The notes beneath the pieces were generated by a model. That model was not told the DNA's origin. It did not search any database and saw only the letters and a program-made list of their open reading frames with translations. Below, one piece after another: positions 54,955 through 64,000 of a DNA stretch of 64,000 bases. The first letter of the stretch is position 1. Each line of letters begins with the position of its first letter. The stretch comes from Eledone cirrhosa (lineage: Eukaryota): contig OZ024743.1 in the NCBI GenBank assembly GCA_964016885.1, positions 39,866,001 through 39,930,000 of the forward strand, written 5' to 3'. Made by a program: the position numbers and the translations under genes.

Positions 54955-55745
54955 ATTATGGGGTTTGAGGGCGAGGTAAGTCCTACGTAATCGGTGTTTA
55001 CATGCAGTAACCAGTTCATCTTTCTTGTTAAGGAGTTGGTCCGTCGAAAACAGCATTTGTAATGTTTCCTCCCCAGCATAAATTGCACGGACGGTGTCCT
55101 CCCGTGTAGGAGTTGGCTCTGGACAGTAATTTCCAAGTGAGATCATAGTTGATGTTGTTGTCCTTGAGGTCCCATATGTGGCGCGAAAGTGAGGTGGTGT
55201 GACGCCGGGCCGGGTTTCGGAAGGTATGTCTGTGTTGGTATAGCCGGGTCTTGAAGTCGCATGCGGTCAATCCTATATAAGCTTTGTTGGAGGTGTCCGT
55301 GCTCACGTTGCACTGGTAGATCACATTACGGTCTCTACATCTGTTGTCGAGGGGGCAACTTGATCTATCAGGACAGTTGCACCTCCTGGTCGGCTCTCCA
55401 CTGCTATTTGGGTTGTTTCTTCCATCGGGGTTGAGTTTTTTGTTGTTGGAGGAGACGATGTTTTGTGCAAAGTTAGGTGTAGTGCTGTAAGAGAGTTTGA
55501 TGGTATTTTTGTTAATTATGTTGTGGTAGCGGTGTTGTGGTGGGAAGTGTTTTTCCATGAGCCTAAAGAAAATTTTCCCGATGGGAGTTGTCACCTCGGC
55601 GTTGTGGGGAGGATTGAACCATGTTACATTTCGTGAGCGGCGGTGTTGCCTGCTGGTTCCGCTAATGGGAGCTGGACAATATGATATTTCCTCCCGGAAA
55701 CCACTCCGCTTGAGGGCCTGGTTGTAGTAAGGCGGGTGTTCATCG
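54955..55745 (-). mobile_element. Naiad-type PLE endonuclease region
   Basis: WFNPP; KHFPPQHRY; KLSYSTTPN; CNCPDRSSCPLDNRC; NVIYQC; AYIGLT; LLNKKDELVTACKHR. Confidence 0.9.
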
Positions 55746-55958
55746 AATATATTTTTAAGTGGGTCCTTTTCAGGGCCTTTCTACACTGGTTGGCTAATTT
55801 CCCTCCAGGGGTGGCTTCCACAAATATGACCGTCGGTCAGTCAATGGCAACATTGAGGACCGAGTAAGCTAGATTACAGATATAAAAGACAGCGAGAAGC
55901 GAAAACCAACCAAACAGTGAGTGTGTTCTGTTATTAATTCTGGCAATATTACACAAAT

Positions 55959-58900
55959 ATGACCCTCCCCAAGTATAACAATATTTGTTTCGACACACGA
56001 TTTCATATAAAAAACCTCGCTAAACTAATTCATCGCCGCTACGGCATTAGCTTGTGCCAAGCTGAAAGGTTATTGAAAGACACTGTTTTCTGTTATATAA
56101 AAACTACAATAACAACAGAACAAATCCGCTTCTTAAAACACTGTATTTCCTCCAAAACATACAAAACAAACATATCAAAACAAGTAAATAATTTATCATT
56201 GAACAAAACACAAGCCGAACGACTAAAACACACAATAACAGTTAATATGAAGAGAACAACATACACAAAAGTCAACGCACTCTACAGACAGAAACGCATT
56301 AACGGTAAGGAAATCCGAAATCTCACCACAGCAAACGAGAGAGATAACTTCATGAGCGTCATCCGACGTGAAACGAAATACGCTCGAAACGAATGCAATA
56401 GGCATTTCAAGAAGAAATTAGAATGGACGAATAAGAAACAACTACAAGAAAGGAAAATCGAATATTCTCAAAAATACCCAGATAACATCGACAATATCCG
56501 TATGACTGATGTAAAACTACCGGAAGAATTTACCAATGACCACACAGTAAATATCTATGGGAACACTTTAATCAGTGAACAAGAACAACAAATCCTACGG
56601 TTACCACCAAAATTTGCCATCTACAAAAAGATTAACCCTATGGAGTGCAAAACGGTGCTGGAAAAGTGTTTCACAAAAATACGTTGGAATGCAAAGGTAA
56701 ACAACAACAACAATAATAACGGCAGTAGTAATATAAACAATAACTCTGGGTATAGAAATAATAGCAATAACCATAACAATAGCAGGAAAGTGAGAAATAG
56801 TGATAATGGTAATAATACTAGCGATAGACAGAACAACAACAACCACAATAATAATAATAATAGAAACATTAACCCCAGACACAGCAACAGCGACCACAGT
56901 AGTAATAACGGTAACAATACGAACAACAACAACAATAACCACAGTGGTAATAATGGAAATAGTACATGTAGCAACATCAATGATAGACACAACAAAAACA
57001 AGAAACATAATAAAAGTAACAACCACAATGGTAGAAATAACAGTAACAACAACAACAATAAGGGTGAAGTAAACAACAATACATCTAGCAATCATAACAA
57101 TAATAATAATGCTAATGATAGAAACAACAACAACCACCCTGATAACAACAATATCAACACACACAACTATGACGATAGATATAATGACAACCCCTTAGAG
57201 AAACTATTTTTCAACCCAGCTGACAAAACATATAAGATGGGTAATATCTATCCTACGAGGTTACCCTTTAATAAAAGAGTTTGCATACCACAACAAATAG
57301 ATGACGAGACAGAGGCACAGTTCACCATAGCTAGAAATAAGATTAGACAAATAGTAGACAGGTATACTAAGAGACAGAGCAGACCAGAGACCCAACAACT
57401 TGGGAGGAAACCTGTAGAAGGCTTGGTTAGCCTCAAGCAGCGCACAAGGGATGGTGAGGTAGTGTGTCTACCCACAGATAAGTATGGTAGGATGTCAATA
57501 GATAGCATGCCCAACTACATCGTGGCTATGCAACCCCACATCACCTACACTAGCGAAGTTGCACAACAAACACACGATGGGAGAGAAAAAATCCTCAAAG
57601 CTCACATGATGATGTGGACTGACATCCTAAAGCCAAGCAGACGCACTGCCAACAACTTCCAGGCGTCTAACAATGGCATACCACACTTGTATAGGATCAG
57701 CAAAGACCACAAGACAGTCGACGACCCGACAACAGGACCACCAACAAGACCCGTATGCGGCGCTAATATAGCTAGCAACTACAGGATCTCCTACTTCTTC
57801 TCAATGGTTATACGCCCCATAATCAAGATGTCCCCAGATGTATGTGACAGTACAGAGGACCTCCTCAGCAGAATCAGTGAGTGCAACAAAAACAGGAGCC
57901 TATTCAACTGCATAATAGGCAGCATGGATGTGGTGTCACTGTACCCATCCATTAACATTGATTTTGGTGTTAAAAGATGTGTGGAGATGATCATTGAGAG
58001 TGAGGTGGAGTTCTGCGACGTCGACACAGACGAACTGGGCCTCCTACTTAGACTTGCCTACGACACTGACTACCTAGACAGCCATGACCTTAGATGTTTC
58101 TGCCCTAGTAGACCTATAAGAGGTAGACACCCCACCATAACCTCAATGGCAAAAAAGACTCCCATGGGAAGGTGGATTGGGTGGACCAAAGCTATACGGA
58201 CCCCCCAAAACAATGATCAGGTAAGAAAAATGGTCGCACATGCATTAGGGGCTAGTATCAAAACTACCCTAAAGGGCCACATATTTAAGTTCAATGAGAA
58301 AATCTACACCCAAAATGAGGGAGCAGCCATCAGCGTCAGCATAGCTGGTGATGTTGTGAACCTTTTCATGGTATGGTGGGAAAGGAGACTTAAAGATCTC
58401 CTTAATGAAAGCTCCATGGACCTCATCATGTACTCTCGTTATGTAGACGATATCAATATAGTTATAAGAACACCCCCACTAGAGAGCACTAACAAGTTTG
58501 ATTTAGAACGTAGCACGATGGAAAGCATCCAGCAGATAGCTAATTCCATACACCGGAGTATAACTGTAACTATCGACTTCCCTTCCAAACACCCTAACAA
58601 TAGACTACCTGTATTAGACACAGAACTCTGGATTAACACTATAGACGACAGAGCCCAAATTCTCCACTCACACTATGCTAAACTCATGGCCTCCAAATAC
58701 CCGATACTCAAAATCTCAGCAATGTCCAGTAGTGCTAAGTTTAATATTCTGATCGCAGATTTGGTACGAGTGATGAAGAATGTGTCCAGCATGTGCGACC
58801 CAACAGAAATGGAAAGACACATCCAACACTTCATCAACCGCATGCAGTTCTCTGGCTACAACCAAAGAGACAGAGTCAGAGTATACGAAGGAGCCATGGA

Positions 58901-59819
58901 AAAGTATAAGACCCTCATAGAACTGGACATGAAAGGAATTTGCCCATTATACAGGAGCAAATCATGGAATAGCTTAGATAGGGCTAGACATAAGATAGGG
59001 AAAGCCACATCATGGTATGACAACCAAAGATACCAGAGTGTCATGTTTGTGGACGCCACCCCTGGAGGGAAATTAGCTAACCAGTGTAGAAAGGCCCTGA
59101 GAAGGACCCACTTAAAAATAAAGGTGGTAGAAAAGCCAGGAACCACCATAAAATCCCTGATCAGCAAAACCTACCCTTTTAAGAAAACCCACTGTACCAA
59201 TAGGAAATGTATCATATGTAAGGTGAACCCCCGGATAAACTGTAAAACTAGAAACGTAGTCTATAGCATAAGATGTACAGAGGGTACTTGCAGAAACATG
59301 ACAACAACATACATAGGTGAAACAGCTCGTACCATAGGTGAAAGGATAGACCAACACTGGGGGGAACTAAAAGGACGAAAAAACGGGTCAGTACTATACG
59401 AACATGCTAGACAACAACATGACGGTAACATAGACAACATAGAAATTAGAATAATATCTAAACATAGAAATGACCCAGCAGATAGGCAAATCAGAGAGGC
59501 CAGTGAAATAGAAATTAGAAGACCAAAGCTAAACAGAAAGAATGAGTGGAATAACAGCCATCAATTCGTGATCAACAGCTATAGAATATTTACCCAGCAT
59601 TTCAATAGCCCGTGGAAATCGATTAAAAATATCGTCAACCATACACAATTAGGTATAAAATTAAAGTTAGAAGAAAAAAATGAATATAAACATACCAAGA
59701 TTACGTTTCTACTCCATCGGTTTTCATTCGCTTTTGGAAATATCCGATCAAGGATAAATTCACGAGCTTCAAAATCAACAGGAAACAAACTCAATTTTTC
59801 GAAGATTTTTCTTAAATGA
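55959..59819 (+). CDS. Penelope-like element polyprotein (non-Naiad): N-terminal region with Asn-rich insert, RT, Cys-rich linker, GIY-YIG endonuclease
   Basis: 1286 open codons; KDHK, PTRPVCGA, SMDVVSLYPSI, YSRYVDD, LPVLD, CTNRKCIIC, NCKTRNVVYSIRC, TYIGETARTIGER, LNRKNEW. The last ~85 aa may be read-through into unrelated sequence. Confidence 0.93.
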   Translation: MTLPKYNNICFDTRFHIKNLAKLIHRRYGISLCQAERLLKDTVFCYIKTTITTEQIRFLKHCISSKTYKTNISKQVNNLSLNKTQAERLKHTITVNMKRTTYTKVNALYRQKRINGKEIRNLTTANERDNFMSVIRRETKYARNECNRHFKKKLEWTNKKQLQERKIEYSQKYPDNIDNIRMTDVKLPEEFTNDHTVNIYGNTLISEQEQQILRLPPKFAIYKKINPMECKTVLEKCFTKIRWNAKVNNNNNNNGSSNINNNSGYRNNSNNHNNSRKVRNSDNGNNTSDRQNNNNHNNNNNRNINPRHSNSDHSSNNGNNTNNNNNNHSGNNGNSTCSNINDRHNKNKKHNKSNNHNGRNNSNNNNNKGEVNNNTSSNHNNNNNANDRNNNNHPDNNNINTHNYDDRYNDNPLEKLFFNPADKTYKMGNIYPTRLPFNKRVCIPQQIDDETEAQFTIARNKIRQIVDRYTKRQSRPETQQLGRKPVEGLVSLKQRTRDGEVVCLPTDKYGRMSIDSMPNYIVAMQPHITYTSEVAQQTHDGREKILKAHMMMWTDILKPSRRTANNFQASNNGIPHLYRISKDHKTVDDPTTGPPTRPVCGANIASNYRISYFFSMVIRPIIKMSPDVCDSTEDLLSRISECNKNRSLFNCIIGSMDVVSLYPSINIDFGVKRCVEMIIESEVEFCDVDTDELGLLLRLAYDTDYLDSHDLRCFCPSRPIRGRHPTITSMAKKTPMGRWIGWTKAIRTPQNNDQVRKMVAHALGASIKTTLKGHIFKFNEKIYTQNEGAAISVSIAGDVVNLFMVWWERRLKDLLNESSMDLIMYSRYVDDINIVIRTPPLESTNKFDLERSTMESIQQIANSIHRSITVTIDFPSKHPNNRLPVLDTELWINTIDDRAQILHSHYAKLMASKYPILKISAMSSSAKFNILIADLVRVMKNVSSMCDPTEMERHIQHFINRMQFSGYNQRDRVRVYEGAMEKYKTLIELDMKGICPLYRSKSWNSLDRARHKIGKATSWYDNQRYQSVMFVDATPGGKLANQCRKALRRTHLKIKVVEKPGTTIKSLISKTYPFKKTHCTNRKCIICKVNPRINCKTRNVVYSIRCTEGTCRNMTTTYIGETARTIGERIDQHWGELKGRKNGSVLYEHARQQHDGNIDNIEIRIISKHRNDPADRQIREASEIEIRRPKLNRKNEWNNSHQFVINSYRIFTQHFNSPWKSIKNIVNHTQLGIKLKLEEKNEYKHTKITFLLHRFSFAFGNIRSRINSRASKSTGNKLNFSKIFLK

Positions 59820-60146
59820 TCCCCGCCAGAAACGAATTCAAAATGGCTAAGAACTGTGACGTGGCAGTGGTCAAGTCAGAAAGAATGTGATTGGTGCCTT
59901 ACGGTGAGTGGGCTGTTTGCTAGAAAGCGCAGACTAATATTGCCTAAATTACATCTCAACCTTATGGAAGATTAGCAAATATAAAGATTTACATATACAC
60001 AAACTAGACAAAGTCATACATGTATATATATATATATGTTTGTTTGTTGGCAACCATTCACGATGTGGCTCAATGACGAATTAATTAATTAAATAATCAA
60101 AGCAATATACAATAAAATATGACCATATAATCATTATATATACAAC

Positions 60147-60187
<41 letters not shown>

Positions 60188-60342
60188 CCAAGAAATTGTG
60201 GTAAGGAACCAGATGTACCGTAACGCAACTAAGTACTCAATACTTAGGGTATTAAAGTGGGTAATAGGAACAAGTATGAACCCGACGGCTTGAGCTCTGC
60301 CGTCGGGGTCATACTTGTTACTATATATATATATATATATAT

Positions 60343-60407
<65 letters not shown>

Positions 60408-61123
60408 TATATATATATATATATATATATTAGAAAGTGAGTTTTTTTTTTACAAAATGAAAAATAACCGAGGTGTCCTAAACGAGTGAAAGTATAAAGA
60501 AAAAAAGATGAAATCGAAAATGCAACTGGAGTCTTATTTTCAAAAATATATATATATTTATCTGGTTCCTTTACCGGTGTCGGAGTTCTTCTGCTTTTCA
60601 AAAGTAGTTGAGATGGAGGGTCTGTGGTTTTTATCACATCTGGTTGGTCTCTGAATGTTACTTGTTTTATATGGAAAAAGTGGCTCGAAATGCCAGGTTT
60701 TTCGAGAAGTAATTTGATTGGTTGATCAATAATTATAATAAATTTCGCGCCAGTTCGCGTTACAAAGTTCTTCAAACAAAGAGGGGGGGGGGTCACAGGT
60801 TGTTTTTTTTTCATATTTGAATTTCTCTTTACTTAAAAAAAGGGGCTCACGAAGACTTTTTTTTTTAAATGTAATTTGATTGGTTATAAATTAAATTATG
60901 GCTAGCTGTCACTTGAACAAGTTCATGAAAGTTTCGCGCCCGTATTCGGGAATTTATTTTGTAGCCTTTTACAGAATTTTATGACAAGTAAAATATAATG
61001 GTCAAGAGAAATTGGACGGGAGAATTGTTCTGGTTCAGTTAATATGGTTAGTTCGCTGGGGTGTCAGAATTCAGATTTTCTATTGAATAAAGAAAGTAAA
61101 GATATGTATGTTTATTTGTGTGC

Positions 61124-61194
<71 letters not shown>

Positions 61195-61460
61195 AATTTC
61201 TTTTTACTTAAAAAAAGGGCCTCACGTAGGCGTTTTTTTCAATATATATATATATATATATATATATAACGGAGGAGTTGTGGTAAGGAACCAGATGGAT
61301 CATGACGTACCAGAGTACTCAATACTTAGGGTAGTAGAGTGGGTAATAGGAGAAATTATGGCCCCGACGGCAGAGCTCAAGCCGTTTCGACGGCCATTTC
61401 TTTAGTCCAGAAATAGCCGTCGAAACGGCTTGAGCTCTGCCGTCGGGGTCATACTTTCTC

Positions 61461-61495
<35 letters not shown>

Positions 61496-61498
61496 CGC

Positions 61499-61543
<45 letters not shown>

Positions 61544-63029
61544 GATATCCCTTCTTTAATTATGTTTTAATGGTAGATAACAAAAACAGAAAATATATAT
61601 GTATACAGTTAGTTTACTATGGTTTTAAATGTACCATGTGTTATGTTTATTTATATTGAGCAAATATGTCATTCTTATAGTATCAGTTGCATTATCAACA
61701 ATAGTCTACATATATAGATTTTTAATACTTTATATCAATATTCTTTACGCCATATCAATAATCTATATTAATTAGTCTTTGATATATTGACCTTTTCAAA
61801 AGTTTTAAGACAACACACGCCATCATAATATATCATTCACATCACTGCATCTACAAGATGTGTAACATTTTAAAACTATAAATACCATACCTTATGACAA
61901 CATTCCGTCCTGTTTAAATATGACGTTCTAATGGAGAAGATAGACAACAATCCACTCTTCATCTTACATAGTAAGGAAATATTTTACAATATTAAAAAGG
62001 AATGTAAACGAGCTGACCTTCCGATCGGATCACAGAAAATATATTTTCCTTTCTGTGTTCCCATTAATGTTATAATTTGGATAGTGTACTTAATCATATA
62101 TGCATCATGACATTTTTGTTGTAATCTGGCAGCATTTGAACTCATAACGTATACATACGTAGCTCAAGTATTTATCTAAAGCAAAATTCCCTTGACTGGA
62201 TGAAATCAAATTTGACAGTATCATTTAAACGCTGAACGTAGAAAGTGGGAACGCGCTAAAATTGTTATGACTGCCATTTCAGTGTCTATATTAGTCACAA
62301 GGAATAATCTCAATTTCGCATGTATTTCTAAACAGAATTTGCAAATGTTTTAACGGTATTTATTGTACCTGTATTAATAATGAATTGAGTGTAAATATCA
62401 CGATAAATATTTACAATTCAGTGAAAATTGAAATATGTGGCAAATATCTTTAAAATATTCCATTAGCATAAATCACTCCGAAAAATACTTTGAAATTAAT
62501 TTTTATTTATTCTTCGTCACATTGCTTCAATATTTATTATATATTCATGAATTGTTGTCTGTCCATAAAGTGAATATATGTTTATTAGTTAAAAGCTTGA
62601 TATACGACGTTACTGTTGTGATATTGCTTTGCTATCAAATGAATTAATTTGCTTTTTCATCGAATTAAAAACTGGTATGGAATATTCGTGATACCACACT
62701 TTCAATTATACAACGTATGAATTGTTTCTTTATTAGCCATACATGATTCACATTAAGCAAATATTAAGGATTGGACTAGAGGGTACAGATCGACACAAGA
62801 CTGTAGAGTATGAGGTTTGGCGAGGAAAAATGTTTAACAAAAACAAGAAAAGTTCTTTCACATGAAAAATTTCAAAGAAAAGGAATTCCCGAATATGAGA
62901 GATTTCTTGGGTATCACATTTAGAAAGCTCACCAAGTACCATGGTCACCCTGACCGCTAGTGCCAATGCCCCTACCCAGTTGTTCTCCTATAATCTTCAA
63001 TCGAATACTCTGAGCAAACCCTTCAGTCA

Positions 63030-64000
63030 GGCCATGTTCGCCACTTTCACCCACCTTTCAATAAATTAGTTGAAGGCAGCACTGCTCTCTCTACGCTGAT
63101 ATTCCTCTTCAAGTTAAACCTGAAAAAGACAACCGGGGTTTTGCCGAAGAGGAGAGTGCTTTCAAAATATTTACACATGTCCACCACACAATCTCTTTCG
63201 TCAGAACCACCAGTAGCAGCCGGAGTTCCATATAAACCCATAATTCAGCAATATGCGGACATTCGACGCCCTGCGTGCATCCTAAATATGTCCGGCTGAC
63301 AGCACTTCCATTTCAGTAAAGTTTAGCTCGAACAATCTACGCTTCACAATAGCGGTGCAAGGCCAGGAAATCTGGAAGTTATCCATGGGCACCAGACGGA
63401 AAACTCTCCGAAAGTGTTTAGCTAGATCATAAACGTCGATGCTTAGGGTCTCTTCAAAACCTTCATAGCTTTTAGTGTATAACACTCTATAGAACATCAA
63501 GGTTGCGTTTTCCTTCACATAATGGGCATAGACAACAAATTGATTGCCTGAGTAATGGAAGTCGTCCCTTCCACGAAAAGGGAAGGAGTAAACCCTCCAG
63601 TGCAATCAGACGTGGGCAAGAATGAGGCACGACGCACAGGCGTTAATAGATATAGGGACGAGGTGTACGCGTTTGTTGGATAGCTTCCTCCTTACCTATT
63701 TTGGGGTGAGACAGGCCAAGTGTGTGTACAAATGCAGTTCCGAACCCAATCGGAAGACCGATTAACCAGTCCATCCGTTCAGTGCCAGCCAACGCATAGA
63801 CATTCCTCTCCAGGTACCGGGCTGCAAGCCTACCGACCTTTCATGATTAATGTTTGCCCTTCGTAACCACTTCGTACTCCCTGATATCGGTCCCGATCAT
63901 AGCAATGTGATGATGTCCGAGGGCATATGCTCACACGAGACGTAGACGGCATATGCTCACACGGTTATTCCCTATCTCAATCTACGCGAAACACCCCTTA
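63030..64000 (-). pseudogene. Decayed L1/Tx1-clade LINE ORF2 (late RT to C-terminus), continuing past the window end
   Basis: Manual frameshifted translation: REYEVVT/ANINHERSVGLQPGTW; FRRVFRLVPMDNFQ; FFRFNLKRNISVERAVL; FIERWVKVA. GC content is higher than in the flanks. Confidence 0.65.

Noticed and set aside
56601-57164. Minus-strand Val/Leu-rich ORFs
   Set aside because: Antisense shadows of the Asn-rich insert.

Overview
AT-rich animal genomic DNA made up almost entirely of repeats, with no recognisable host gene. The SINE core and the abundant (TA)n/(CA)n tracts suggest a cephalopod, probably Octopus (inference). Penelope-like retroelements (PLEs) dominate: at least seven Naiad-type copies (one structurally complete between two direct pLTRs, 37469-40249), three Neptune-type fragments, and one uninterrupted 1286-codon RT + GIY-YIG ORF with a long Asn-rich insert. 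There are also decayed LINEs (RTE, CR1/L2, R4/Dong, L1/Tx1), tRNA-derived SINEs, a Helitron-like element and mariner pieces. The main signal missed by the ORF track is a dense set of type I hammerhead ribozyme motifs, folded by hand: 10 copies with intact cores from about seven unrelated families, plus several decayed ones. They occur in tandem (retrozyme-like) and fold-back (palindromic) arrangements, and most end at a (TA)n tract. Most short ORFs in the track are microsatellite translations. Coordinates were read manually; element boundaries are approximate.
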